Made by a program: the position numbers and the translations under genes. Positions 12,170 through 25,665 of a stretch of 64,000 bases of DNA are shown piece by piece. The notes under the pieces are model-generated. The model saw only the letters and a program-made list of their open reading frames with translations, was not told where the DNA came from and searched no databases. Numbering within the stretch: the first letter of the stretch is position 1; each line of letters opens with the position of its first letter. Origin of the DNA: Leucoraja ocellata (lineage: Eukaryota); contig JAWMAR010000104.1 in NCBI GenBank assembly GCA_036785375.1, forward strand, positions 6,076,001-6,140,000, written 5' to 3'.

Positions 12170-14614
12170 ACTCCAGTGTTCCCGGCACGTTGCTCCCTCT
12201 CGCTGGGAGCTCTGCTCTCTGAGATGACTTGTTTTGTATCAACCTTTCATTTGGAGTGTAGCCATCTAGCACCATCCCATACAATCACTATTCTTTTAAA
12301 TCTCTCTTCTATTGTATTGTAACCTACCCCATCCCCTTTGCTCCACCTATTGTACTTGAGTTTGACTTTATTGGGTGATGCATAGTACAATCTGACTTGA
12401 TAACACGCAACAAAACGCCAGAAAAGGAGTAGGCAGCCGGCTCGGGCTGGCGCCGTGACTCATGCTTGGTCAGGCCCAGAAGCAACCCAACCAGGACACC
12501 TTCAGCTCTACCCTCCTATGCACAGGGCGTCCAAAGATGTGGATGGTGGGTGTGAAGGCAAGGAGCAGACCCTTTAGATGTTGGAACAGAGGATGCAACC
12601 TCACGCTGCACTACGGCAGGGGTGGTAGTGAGGGAGTGCTGCACTGCATCTCAATGCACAGGACTAGGCTCTTCAGCCAATAATATGCCAAACGTGATAT
12701 CAATCTGCTGGCATGTGATCCATTCCCTGCCTATCCGTGTACCTATTCAAAAGTATCTTAAATAGCACCCACCACCCTTTAAAAAAACTTGCCCGCACAT
12801 CTTTAAACTGTCCCTCTCACATTAATGCTAAATACTAATTTAAAATTTTCCATCCTATGAATAAGCTTCTAACTGTCTACCTTATCTATTCCTCTCTGGA
12901 TGCTCCGGTTTCCACTCACATCCCAAAGACATGTGGGTTTGTAGGTTAATTGACCCTCTGTAAATTGTCCCTAGTGAGTAGGGAGTGGATGAGAAAGTGG
13001 GATAACAGAACTAGTGTTAACGGATGATCGATGGTCGGCGTGGGCCGAAGGGCCTGTTTGCATGCAGTATTTTTAAATCAATAAAACCCACGCTGCCTGA
13101 ACTCGATGACAATGTCATGCCTGAGTTCTAATATGTGTTAGGAGATGCTTGTTTCCCAAGTTTCAACGGACTACACTTCATTAAAAACTTCATGAGTTGC
13201 AAAATCCAGAGTCAAGAGTATTTACTTGTCAACTGAACCAGAACGATGACAGTCTTACTTGCTGTAGCTTGATATATTAAACTCAACAACAAACTGCAAG
13301 AAGAAACAGAAACTGCGGATGCTGATTTACAAAAAAAGACGAAGTGTTTCAGTCTGTTGAAGGGTTCTGACCAAAAACGTAATTTGTCCGTGTTCTCCAG
13401 AGATGCTGGCTGCCCCGCTGAGTCACTCCAACAAACGGCATGTGCGTTGTGAGTTTAATTTACAGATACAGCATGGAAACAGGTCCTTCAGTCCACCAGG
13501 TCCAAGCCGACAAAGGTGCCCCACCTACACTGGTCCTGTCTGCAAAGGGCGCTCAGCATCGCCAAGGACTGCTCTCACCCCAACCATGGACTATTTAACC
13601 ACCTACCATCCGGGAGGCGCTACAGGTCTCTCCGTTGCCCGACCAGCAGGTCCAGGAACAGCTTCTTCCCTGCGGCTGTCACACTGCTCAACAATGTACC
13701 TCGGTGACTGCCAATCACCACCCCCCCCCCCCCCCCCCCCGGACACTCCTACCACAGGAAAAACACTGATTGTATGCATGTAAATAGATTTATTTATTGA
13801 AATCATATTCTATGTTGCTCTTCCAGGGAGATGCTAAATTAATTTCGTTGTCTCTGTACTGTACACTGACAATGACAAATAAAGTTGAATCTGAATCTGT
13901 TTGGTCTAAAACACTCCTGTCCAAGTGTCTGGGTCAGTAGTTATTTTCCCTTTGGGGGAGGATATTGGTATTAGTTTATGATTTTTTTGGGTAGTGGGAT
14001 ACAGCAAAAAACTTTTGCATGCTATCCAGGCTAATTATACCCTACACGAGTACAAATGAGAAACTAAACAGTGCAGAATAGAGTGTTGCACGTAAAGAGG
14101 AAGTACAGAGATTTTTAAAAAGTGCAAGGGCCACATTGAAGTGGTAGGTGGGAGTTCAGGAATAGTGTGGTTAAGGCAGAACAGCCAGTAGAGCTGCTGC
14201 CTCACGGTGCCAGAGAACCCAGGTTTGATCCTCACCTCGGGTGCTGTTGTGTGGAATTTGCACATTCAGCCTGTGACCATGTGCATTTCCTCTGGGTGCT
14301 CCAGTTTAGTTCATAAGTGATAGTAGAATGAGGCCATTCAGCCCATCAAGTCTACACCCGTACTAATCCCACATCCCCAAAACGTGAATGTTTACAGGTT
14401 AATTGGCCCTCTAAATTGCCCCAGTGTGTAGGGATTGGATGAGAAAGTCAGATAACATCGATCATAATAAGCGTGATCGATGGGCGGCGTGGACTCGGCG
14501 GGCTGAAGGGCCTGTTTCTGTTCTGTCTCTGACTATGAAGGGTGCAATATTAATGCCCTTTGTTCTTGTTGCGGCTCCATTTGCTGTCAATTAACCCGTC
14601 AACCAATTGATTGA

Positions 14615-14798
14615 AGGTACACAAAAAAGCTGGAGAAACTCAGCGGGTGCAGCAGCGTCTATGGAGCGAAGGAAATAGGCAGGGTTTCGGCCCGAAACGT
14701 TGCCTATTTCCTTCGCTCCATAGATGCTGCTGCACCCGCTGAGTTTCTCCAGCTTTTTTGTGTACCTTCGATTCTCCAGCATCTGCAGTTCCTTCTTA
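14615..14798. mobile_element. Palindromic Penelope-type short insertion
   Basis: ~65-bp inverted arms; flanked by a 14-bp direct repeat AACCAATTGATTGA (14601-14614, 14799-14812). Confidence 0.7.
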
Positions 14799-14816
14799 AA
14801 CCAATTGATTGATGTG

Positions 14817-14835
14817 TGACTCATCGGTTGCCAGG
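14817..14835 (-). promoter_or_regulatory. Distal X1-X2 module
   Basis: Minus strand CCTGGCAACCGA-TGAGTCA. Confidence 0.55.
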
Positions 14836-17642
14836 CAGACTTCCCAGTTGTATTGTGTTTTTAGTTTAGCATGGAAAACAGGCTCTTCGGCTGACCAGCG
14901 ATCATCCGTTCTTACTGGCTAAAATAATGTGTAGGAAAGAACTGCAAATGCTGCTTTACATCAAAGATAGACACAAAATGCTGGAGTAACTCAGCGGGTC
15001 AGACAGCATCTCTGGCGAAAAGGATGTTGACTTTCCGGATCGAGATCCTTCTTCAGGCAGATGTTAAGCTGGAACGAGTGCAGAGAGGATTTATAAGGAT
15101 GTTGTCGGGGCCCGAGGGAGAGGTTGAGCAGGCTATTCTTTTGAGCGCCAGAGGCTGAGAGGTGATCTTATATTGGTGTATGAAATCATGAGAGGAATAG
15201 ATAGGGTGAATACACACAGTCTTTTACCCAAAGTAGGGGATTCAGAACCAGAGGACGTAGGTTTAAGATGAGGGGGGAAAGATTTAGTAGGAACTTGAGG
15301 GGCAACTTTGTTACACAAATGGTGGTACGTATATGGAACGAGCTGCCAGAAGAGTTAGTAGACAATTGACAATAGGTGCAGGAGTAGGCCATTCGGTCCT
15401 TTGAGTCAGCACTGCCATTCAATGTGATCATGGCTAATCATCCACAATCAGTACCCCGTTCCTGCCTTCTCCCCATATCCCCTGAGGCAGGTACTATAAC
15501 AATGTTTATTAAACATTTGGACAGGTATATGGATAGGTTTGGAGATATGGACCAAATGCGGGCAGGTTCATACTGTTATCCTACTTTCTCATCCACTCTC
15601 TAGAACAGTAGGGACAATTTACTGAGGGTCAAGAGAATCTAAAACAGTGTAGATGGGGCATATTGGTCAGCATGGGCCGATGGACCTGTTTCAATGCTAT
15701 ATGACTATAGGTTTCTATGACTCTTAAGCGGTGGCAGGGTGGTGCAGTGGTAGAGCTTGTGCCTTACGGCATCAGAATCATGGGATAGATCCTGACTATG
15801 GTTACTGTCTGTGCGGAGTTTGTAATTTCGTCCTGTGACTGCGTTGGCTTTCTCCAGGAGCTCAGGTTTTCATCTACACTCCAAAGACATACAGGTTTGT
15901 CGGTTAATTGGCTTTTGTAAAATTGTAAATTGTCCCTAGTGTGTAGGATAGTGCTAGTGTACAGGGATTGCAGGTCGGTGTGGACTCGGAGGGCCAAAAG
16001 GCCTGTTTCTGTGCTGTATCGCTAAAGACTAAAAGACTCATGCTCTTAAGGTGAGAGGGTTAAGGTTTAAGGCAAAGTCGACACTTGACTCTTGCAAGCG
16101 GTGACTAGCTACCCGCAGAGAATGCAAACCGCTTCACAAACCTCTCTTAGACATCCTGGGGATGTGAAACTTGGTTTGAGTTTCCTGTTCCTCTTTCAGC
16201 AGTCAGACCTGCTGATTTGGCGCGGCGCTAAAATCCCATGATTGACCACCTTCCAGCTTTGTGTGTCCATGTGTCTTTGCTTTTTCAATCCATAGCTGCC
16301 AACTCAGATATAGTCTGGAAACAGGCCCTTTGGCTCACCGACTCCACGCCGACCATCGATCACCCGTTCACACAAGTTCTATGTTATTCTACTTTCTCAT
16401 CCGCTCCCTACACACCAGGGGCAATTTACAGAGGGCCAATACAATATAAAACAGTACAGCACAGGAACTGTCCTCTCGGCCCACAATGTCTGTGGTGAAC
16501 ATTATGCCAAGATATACTGATCTCCTCTGCCTGCACTCGATCCATATCCCTCCATTCTCTACGCGCCTATCTAAAAGCCTCTTAAACGCCATGGTCATAT
16601 CAAACACCACCACCCTCAGTGTGAAAAACTTGTCCTGCACATCTCCTTTAAACTTTGCCCCTTTCACCTTAAAGCTAGTGTTGGACATTTCCACCCTGGG
16701 GAAAAGGTTGACTGTCTACCCTATCTAGCCATTCCAGTGAAAAGGCTTTGCTATCCAAGATTGTACATGGGTACAATCATGCCACACGCAAGTACCGACA
16801 GGTAGTTTAGTTTACATTTACGGCGTGGAAACAGGTCTTTTGGTCCACCAAATGCACCGATCATTGATCACTCATTCACACTGGTTGATTGGATTAATTG
16901 ATCAATTGAAAGATACAGCACGGAAACTGGCCCTTCGGCCCACCAAGTCCACCTGTTCACACTAGGAAATTGGAGCACCCGAATGAAACCCACATGGTCA
17001 CAGGGAGAACATGCAAACTACACACACACACACAATGTCTTTATTTGGAGAATTCAAAGGCCTCACAGCACCAGAGACCCATGTTCGATCCTGCCTTTGG
17101 GTGCTGTCTGTGTGGAGTGTGCACGTTCTCCCTATGATCGCGTGGGTTTCCTATGGGTGCTCCGGCTTCCTCCCATATATCCCAAAGACGTGCGGAGGAA
17201 AAGGATGAGTTCACATTTAGAACGGAGATGAGGAAACACTTTTTCTCACAGAGAGTGGCGAGTCTGTGGAATTCTCTGCTTCAGAGGGCGGTGGAGGCAG
17301 GTTCTCTAGATGCTTTTAAGAGAGAGATATATAGGGATCTTAAAATAGCAGTCAGGGGATATGGGGAGAAGGCAGGAACGGGGTACTGATTGGGGATGAT
17401 CAGCCATGATCACATTGAATTGCGGTGCTGGCTCGAAGGGCCGAATGGCCTACTCCTGCACCTATTGTCTATTGTATGGGTTTATAGGTTAATTGGCCCT
17501 CTGTAAATTTCCCCGAAAGTGGGATAACAGAACTAGTGTGAATGGGTGGTTGATGGTTGGCGTGCACTCATGTTGCATCTCTAAGCTAAATTAAACTAAA
17601 CTGTGTCCATGCTGCATCCCTAAACTAATTTAAACTGTTTCC

Positions 17643-18280
17643 TTGCAGGCAGTGAAGAAAGGTCATGGCATGTTGGCCTTCAAAACAAGAGGATTTGAGT
17701 ATAGGAGCAAAGAGGTGCATCTGCAGTTGTACAGGGCCTTGGTGAGACCACACCTTGAGTATTGTGTGCAGTTTTGGTCTCCAAATTTGAGGAAGGACAT
17801 TCTTGCTATTGAGGGAGTGCAGCGTAGGTTCACAAGGTTAATTCCCGGGATGGCGGGACTGTCATATGTTGAAAGAATGGAGCGACTGGGCTTGTATACA
17901 CTGGAATTTAGAAGCAGGGATCTTATTGAAACATATAAGATTATTAAGTGATTGGACACGCTAGAGGCAGGAAAATTGTTCCCGATGTTGGGGGAGTCCA
18001 GAACCAGGGGCCACAATTTAAGAATATGGGGTAGGCCACTTAGAACGGAGATGAGGAAAAGCTTTTTCACCCATAGAGTTGTGAATCTGTGAAATTCTCT
18101 GCCGATTCTTTGGATTTTTTCAAGAGTGAGTTAGATAGAGCTCTGGGAGATAGCGGTCAGGGGATATGGTGAGAAGGCAGGAATGGGGTACTGATTGGGG
18201 ATGATCAGCCATGATCACAGTGAATGGCGGTGCTGGCTCTAAGGGCCGAATGGCCTACTCCTGCACCTATTGTCTATTGC
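17643..18280 (+). mobile_element. CR1-type LINE 3' fragment
   Basis: ORF2 C-terminus LYRALVRPHLEYCVQFWSP...; ends in the CTATTGT-type tail. Confidence 0.9.
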
Positions 18281-18496
18281 TGTATGTCTAAACTAATTTA
18301 AGCTAAACTAAACTGCCTCCATGCTGCATCTCTAAACTAAACTAGTCAAAGGCCAGGTAATTGTATGATAGAATAGGGCTGAAAGGTAGAATGGCCTTGT
18401 AAGTACTTCCTGTAAACGCAAGTAGTTTCTCGGTAGCTGTGGCAGGTCTGAAGGGGAACTGAGCCGTGGCCGGCAGAGCTGTGTCTGGGTTTGGTC

Positions 18497-19006
18497 CAGC
18501 GACACCAGAGGCATTCAGAGGGAGAGAGACAATTGGCTGACTGTTGACTCACCAGTTGCCGGGGAGAAGTCGGAGATGAAGGCGAGTTTTTGAGGTCGTA
18601 ATTAAAGAGCGAGCAGCTGCAATGTGTAAAGGCAGAGAATTAACTCTTGAGCTTGCAGCTGATCTCGTAGACACAGGGAACTGCAGAATCTTTGCAGAAC
18701 ATGGATAGGTGATGTTTCGGATCGGGACCCTTCTTCAGACTGATGGGGATGGGGGGAGAAAGCAGGGAGAGGTGGGGGCGGGACAAAGTCTGGCAAGTGA
18801 CAGGTGGATACAGGTAAGGGGGTTTGATTGGCAAATGGGTGGGCAGAGATAGGAAGAAGACATCTTCCTTGTGTCTGAAAAAGGGTCCCGACCCGAAACG
18901 TTGCCTGGCCATGTTCTCCACAGATGGTGCCTATCACCCGCCGAGTTCCTCCAGCACTTTGTGTCTTCATTTTGTAAACCAGCATTGGCAGTTCCTTGTG
19001 TCTCCA
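18497..19006 (+). repeat. Local segmental duplication with 29465-30003 (continuing as 24324-24580 vs 30029-30265)
   Basis: Shared unique sequence and shared repeat junctions. Confidence 0.9.
18532..18563 (-). promoter_or_regulatory. X1-X2-CCAAT module (upstream copy of a duplicated block)
   Basis: Minus strand CCCGGCAACTGG-TGAGTCA-8 nt-CCAAT. Confidence 0.6.
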
Positions 19007-19012
19007 ACATTG

Positions 19013-22000
19013 GAAACATAGAAAATAGGTGCAGGAGTAGGCCATTCGGCCCTTCGAGCCAGCACCGCCATTCAATATGATCATGGCTGATCATCCAAAA
19101 TCAGTACACCGTTCCTGCTCTTTCCCCATATCCCTTGATTCCCCCAGTCCCAAGAGCTAAATCTAACTCTCCCTTGAAAACATCCAGTGAATTGGCCTCC
19201 ACTGCCTTCTGTGACAGAGAATTCCACAGATTCACAACAAACTCTCTGGGTGAAAAGATTTCTCCTCTTCTCAGTCCTAAATGGCTACCACTTATTCTTG
19301 CTGTGGCCCCTGGTTCTGACTCCCCCAACATCGGGAACATTTTTGCTGCATCTACCCTGTCCAACCCTTTAAGAATTTTATAAGTTTCTTGTAAGATCCC
19401 CTCTCATCCATCTACATTCCAGCGAAAGCAAGCCCAATCGACCCATTCTTTCATCATACGTCTTTTCCGCCATCCTGGAAAATAACCTGATGAATCTATG
19501 CTGCACTCCCTCAATAGCAATATTTTCCTTCCTCAAATTAGGAGACCAAAATTGCACACAATTTGCTCACCAGGGCCCTGTACAACTGCAGTAGGACCTC
19601 CTTGCTCCTAAACTCAAATCGTCTCGCAATGAAGGCCATTGGCTTTCTTCACTGCCTGCTATACCTGCCTGCTTACTTTCAGTGACTGATGTACAAGCAC
19701 ACCCAGGTCTCGTTGCATCTCCCCTTCTCCTAATCTGACACCATTTAGATAATAATCTGCAGAACATGGATAGGTGATGTTTCGGATCCTTCTTGTCCTT
19801 GCCCCCAAAGTGGATAACCTCCCATCTACCCACATTATCCAGCATCTGCCATGCTTCTGCCCACTCACCCAACCTATAATCCAAGTCACCCTGCAACCCT
19901 GTTTAGTGCTTTAGTGTGTTTTGTGCGTTGGCTGCTGCCGCTGTTGCTGTGCAGTAATTTTTACACAGCATGTGTAGAGTCGCGTATAGGAGGGATGAAC
20001 TCCTTATGTGGCGACGGACAGCTTACGGAATAAAACACCATATTCCATCTGAGCTGAAGAAGCCGTTCCGTGGTTGCCGTGCAGGTGCCAGGCTAAGGGC
20101 CAGGCTAAGGGCCTGGAGGTGGAGATACAAGCCGTTTCTGCCATCGATCCTTATGGGGAACGTCAACTCATTCCCTAACAAGTGTGAGGAGTTGGAGGTC
20201 CTTATGAAGAATCAACGGGTCTACCGTGAGTGCAGTCTCATGTGTTTTACCGAGACGTGGCTGATGGACATCATCCCGGATTCCTGTGTGGATCTCCCCG
20301 GCTTCACTACGGTACGAGCAGATAGAGACCCGGGCAAGTGAGAAGATCAAAGGTGGGGGACTTGCTCTGCTTGTGAACAATAGATGGTGTAATCCAGGTC
20401 ACATAACTGTGAAAGATAATATCTGTTGTCGGGATATTGAGCTCCTGGCGGTTGGACTGAGACTTTATTATGTACCGAGGGAGTTCTCCCACATCGTCGC
20501 CATTATTGTTTCATTCCTCCTCGAGCGGAGCCTGTAGTCGCATGTAACGTCATCCAAGAGACTGTCGCGAGATTACAGACCCGACACCCGGACGTACTCA
20601 TTGCCTTATCAGGGGACTTCAATCATGTGAACATCAGCCCCCACTTGTCAGGCTTCTCACAGTATGTTGACTGTCCCACAAGGCACAATAAGACACTGGA
20701 CTTGTGCTATGTCAATGTCAAGGAGGCCTATAGTGTCTTAGCCTTTGCACCGCTTGGCAAATCAGATCACAACCTGGTTTATCTAAGGCCTTCTTACAAA
20801 CCCTGTGTACTGAGACAGCCTACAATCACCTGGTCTTTCAGAAAATGGACACCAGAGGCCAGTGAATCACTGAGGGACTGCTTTCAATGCACAGACTGGG
20901 ACATACTGATGGAGTCACAGGAATTAAACAGCTGTATGGACATCGACAGGATGGCTGGATGCATAACGGACTACATCAACTTCTGTATGGATGTTGTTGT
21001 GCCAGTAAGAACTGTTTGTTGCTTTCCCAATAACAAACCTTGGATTACAAGCAACATTCAGAGCCTAAACGAGAAAAAGGAGGCTTTCAAGGTTGGTGAT
21101 CGGGAAAAAATCAAGAGGGTACAGCACCACTTGAAAAGGAGTATGAAGCAGGCAAAAGGGGACTATAAAAGGAAGCTGGAGAGGAAACTGCAGTACAACA
21201 ACATCAAAGAGGTGTGGAGAGGAATGAAGACCATCACTGGCTTCAAGGAGAAGAGAAGCCAGCCGTCAGGAGACGTGGACAAGGCCAATGAGTTTAACCT
21301 GTTCTATAACAGGTTTGATCTGGTATCCCCTCCCACCTCTACAGGTGCAGCCTCTCCCCCACCATCACCTCCACGAGGCAGCCCCCCCAACACCACAGCT
21401 GCAGCACCTCCTATGCCGGCATCTCCTCAACTGTTCTTCACGGGGGACGAGGTGAGAGCTGAGCTGAGGAGGCTGCGTGTGCCCTGGTAAAGCAGCTGGC
21501 CCTGATGGTGTATGTCCCAGGCTACTGAAAGACTGTGCGGTTCAGCTGGCGGAGCCGCTCCAGACCATTTTCAACCTGAGCCTCCAGTCAGGGAGGGTAC
21601 GAGGTTTGTGGAAAACATCATGTCTCGTGCTGGTTCCCAGAGCAGTGCGGCCGACCGAGATCAACGACTACAGACCGGTGGCCCTTACATCCCATATCAT
21701 GAAGACAATGGAGCGGCTACTCATTCGTCTCCTGAGACCACAAGTCCAGCACGCACTAGACCCACTACAGTTTGCGTACCAGGAGAACATTGGGGTGGAT
21801 GACGCAGTCCTCTACATGCTGCACCGGATCTACTCCTTTTTGGACAAACCCGGTGGCTATGTGAGGATTATGTTCTTCAACTTCTCAATTGCGTTCAACA
21901 CCATCCAACCCCTGATTTTGAATGACAAGCTTAAGAAGATGGGGGTGGATTCCACATTTATCTCCCGGATATACGACTACCTGACGGGTCGACCACAGTT

Positions 22001-24312
22001 TGTCAAGCTGGGGGACAGTGTCTCTGGCACAGTGGTGTGCAATGTTGGAGCCCCACAGGGAACGGTTCTGGCCCCGTTCCTCTTCACCCTGTATACAGCA
22101 GACTTTAACTATAAGTCTGACACATGCCACATACAGAAATATTCAGATGATACAGCGATCGTGGCATGTGTAAGGAACGGGCAGGAGGAGGAATACAGGG
22201 ACTTGGCCAGTTCCTTTTGTGCCTGGAGTGAAGAGAACTGTCTCATCCTGAACACAACTAAGACTAAAGAGATGGTGGTTAACTTTGGCAGGTCCAAGCT
22301 CCCCCTTCAGCCGGTCAACGCTGCTGGGGCTGACATTGAGGTGGTGCAGACATATAAATACCTTGGAGTGCACCTTGATAACAAACTGGACTGGTCTGTC
22401 AACTCTGACTCCCTCTACAAAAAAGGCCAGAGCAGACTCTTTTTCCTCAGAAGGCTCAAATCCTTCAATGTGTGTAGTGATATGCTGCACATGTTTTACA
22501 ACACTGTTGTCGCAAGTGTTATTTTCTACACTGTTGTCTGCTGGGGCAACAGCATTAGTGCAAAAAACAACAAGAAGCTGGTCAAACTGGTTAAACGAGC
22601 TAGCTCAGTGCTGGAGGGGAGAGTAGACTCTGGGATGGATGTGCTTGAGAGGCGTATGAGGCACAAGGTGCAGGTCATCCTGAAAAACCCCGGGCATCCC
22701 CTCCATGTAATTCTGGAGAGTCAAAAGGGCACTCGGAACAACAACCGGCTCCTCTCCCTGCCCTGTAGAACAGAGCGGTTCAGGAGATCCTTCACCCCTG
22801 CACCCATTAGATTTTATAATTTGGACCGCTAGGCTGTAGGGGGATGCATTCTTGCAATTTTTAATTTTTAATTGTTAATTATTGGTCTTTTTAAGTATTT
22901 ATTGCTCTCAGGTAGTGTCCACAGTGCATTCTATGTATTTTCTGTGCGTTCGTTTTGAATCTGTGGGTTTGTTGGTTGGGGGCTTCTGGACATCTGAATT
23001 TCCCTGAGGGGATCAATAAAGTATTAAAAAAAAAAATAAAAATAAAAACCTCCTAGCATCCTCCTCGCAGCTCACACTGCCACCCGGCTTTGTGTCATCC
23101 GCAAATTTTGAGATGTTACATTTAATTCCATCGTCTAAATCGTTAATATACAATGTAAACAACTGGAGTCCCAGCACCGAGCCTTGCGGCACCCCCCTAG
23201 TCACTGCCTGCCATTCGGAAAAGGACCCATTAATTCCTACTCTTTGCTTCCTGTCTGCCAACCAGTTCTTTATCCATGTCAATACCCTACCCCCAATACC
23301 ATGTGCTCTAATTTTGCACACTGAGCTCTTGTGTGGGACCTTGCCAAAGGGTTTTTGAAAGTCCAGATACACCACATCCACTGGCTCTCCCTTATCCATT
23401 CTATTGGTTACATCCTCAAAAAATAGCAAAAGATTATTCAAGCAGGATATCCCCTTCATAAATCCATGCTGACTTTGACCGATCCCATCATTACTTCACA
23501 AATGCGCTGTTATAACATCTTTAATAATCGACTCCAGCATCTTCCCCACTACCGACGTAAGGCTAACTGGTCCATAATTCCCAGTTTTCTCTCTCCCTCC
23601 TTTCTTAAAAATGATCACCAATGCATCCACGATTTCTTGGGCCACCTCCTTGAGTACTCTGGGATGCAGACCATCTGGCTCTGGGGATTTATCTGCCTTG
23701 TCCCAACAGATTACCTAACACCATTTTGACTAATGTGGATTCCCTTCAGTTCCTCCCTCTCACTAGACCTTCAGTCCCCTAGTATTTCCAGGAGATTGTT
23801 TGTATCTTCCTTAATGAATACAGAACCAAAGTACTCGTTTAACTGTTCTGCCATTTCCATGTTTCCCATTATAAATTCACCCGTCTCTGTCTGTAAGGGA
23901 CCTACATTCGTCTTCACTAATCTTTTCCTTTTTTACATACATCTAGTGACTTTTAGTCAGTTTTTATATTCCCTGCAAGCTTTCTTTCATGCTCCCCCCC
24001 TCTTAATTAACCCCTTTGTCCTCCTCTGTTGAGTTCTAAATTTCTCCCAGTCCTCTGGTTTGCCGCTTCTTCTGTATTATACATTTATATGCCTTTTCCG
24101 TGGCTTTAACACTATCCTTGACTTCCCTCGTCAGCCACGGTTGAGCCCAGTTTTGTTTTTTTGCCAGACAAGGATGTCCAATTTCTAGAGTTCGTCCATG
24201 CGGTCTTTAAATCTTCGCCATTGCATCTCCACCGTCAACCCTTTAAGTATAATTTGCCAGTCTATCCTAGCCAATTCCCATCACGTACCTTCAAAGTCTC
24301 ATTTATTCAAGT
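19013..24312 (-). mobile_element. Decayed CR1 LINE, split at ~19900/23047 by a Rex1 insertion
   Basis: RT motifs (VYLDFQK, GVPQGSVLG, KFADDTK) in 23013-23459; the sequence GTCACCCTGCAACC|TCCTAGCATCC is continuous across the insertion. Confidence 0.88.
19901..23046 (+). mobile_element. Rex1/Babar-clade non-LTR retrotransposon, near full length, frameshifted
   Basis: AP endonuclease (CFTETWL, GDFN, SDH) and RT 21477-22832 (DYRPVALTS, GAPQGTVLAPFLFTLYT, YSDD); AATAAA and an A-rich tail. Confidence 0.9.
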
Positions 24313-25104
24313 TTACACAAAGTGAGATAAAGGAGAGAAGAAATACAAAATGTGAAGCCAGAGGAGGGAATATAGGTGGAAGGGGACCAGGAGGAGGGGA
24401 AGGGTTGTTGAAAGTTAGTTGCCTAAAATTCAAGAGAGAGTTAGATTTAGCTCTTAGGGCTAAAGGAACCAAGGGATATGGGGGAAAAGCAGAAACGAGG
24501 CACTGATTTTAGATGATCAGCCATGATCATATTGAATGGCGGTGCTGGCTCGAAGGGCTGAATGGCCTACTCCTGCACCTGTTTTTTTATGTTTCTAATT
24601 GGACATTTCACTGTTCATATCAAAAGACACAAAATGCTGGAGAACCTCAACGGGTCAGGCAGCATCTCTGGAGAAAAAGGATGGTGACATTCCAGGTCGG
24701 GACCCTTCTTCAGACTGAGAGTAGGGGGTGGGTGGGGGTGGGGGGGGGGGGGGGGGGGATTGAAGAGCTGGAGGTGAGGAAAGAGCAGGACTAATCAGGA
24801 CCGACCTCAGGCAGGATGGTGCCCTGGTTGGCCCAGTGTTGGCTAGGGAAGGTGTGATCAAAGATCATAGATCTTTGGGTGCAATCTCAAGAGGGAAACA
24901 ATATGGAGAAGTGTGGAACCGGTAATACGACCAAGATGGAGGAAGGGGGGGGGGGGTTGGAGATTGTAAAAATTTAGTTAAAATTAGAGAATTCAAAATT
25001 CATACCGCTGGGTTGTAAGCTACCCAAGTGGAATGTGAGGTGCGGTTCCTCTAATTTGCGTGTGGTGGTTGGATTGTTGAGTTAGTGCGGCCATGCAGAA
25101 GATT

Positions 25105-25196
25105 CTGATTGGCGAGCAGTGGTTGAGTCATCAGTTGCCAGGTGAAGTCCGCTCTTTAAGAATGAGTTTTGTGTCGATGACTCACAAGTTGCAATA
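25105..25196 (-). promoter_or_regulatory. MHC-II-type X1-X2-CCAAT enhancer module plus a second X1-X2-like site
   Basis: Minus strand CCTGGCAACTGA-TGACTCA-11 nt-CCAATCAG (25105-25142); a second site TTGCAACTTG-TGAGTCA at 25178-25196. Confidence 0.7.
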
Positions 25197-25239
25197 GCTG
25201 TTTGTCTGCTTTAGTCTTTCCTTTGAGTTTGGATGTAGG

Positions 25240-25665
25240 CAGTGCTGGATTTACGTATAAGCTAAACAAGCTATAGCTTAGGGCCCCCACTTTCTAGGGG
25301 GCCCCCCGAAAAAATTGATGGGCCTCGAGGTCTAGGGGGGCCTCCGGCCAAGGCAGAACACCTACCGTTCAACTCTGGGCGGCCCCCCTCTCTATCTCTC
25401 TCTCACCATCTCCCCCAGCTATCCGTGTCCGGGCCGCCGGGCTCCGCTCGCTCCTCATCCGCCGGCACGGCAGGCCGCCTTGCACATGCGCACAACCACA
25501 GCCAGCACATCATCGGCCGCCCTGCGCAGGCGCACTGCAACGGCAACTGGTCGGGCTGGGCACTTTCTCCCTCGCTTTGAATTGTGGGAGATTTGGCCGC
25601 CATGGCTGTTGGGGGCCTCACAAGTGGAACAGTTTAGGGCCTCTCTTCATCTAAATCCGCCACTG
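25240..25665. mobile_element. Non-autonomous hAT MITE between the X-Y module and the cd74 promoter
   Basis: TIRs CAGTGCTGGATTTA / TAAATCCGCCACTG; 8-bp TSD GATGTAGG on both sides. Confidence 0.85.

Noticed and set aside
12456-12474. TGACTCATGCTTGGTCAGG, a possible seventh X1-X2 site
   Set aside because: Lacks the GCAAC/GTTGC RFX half-site; it may be only an AP-1 site
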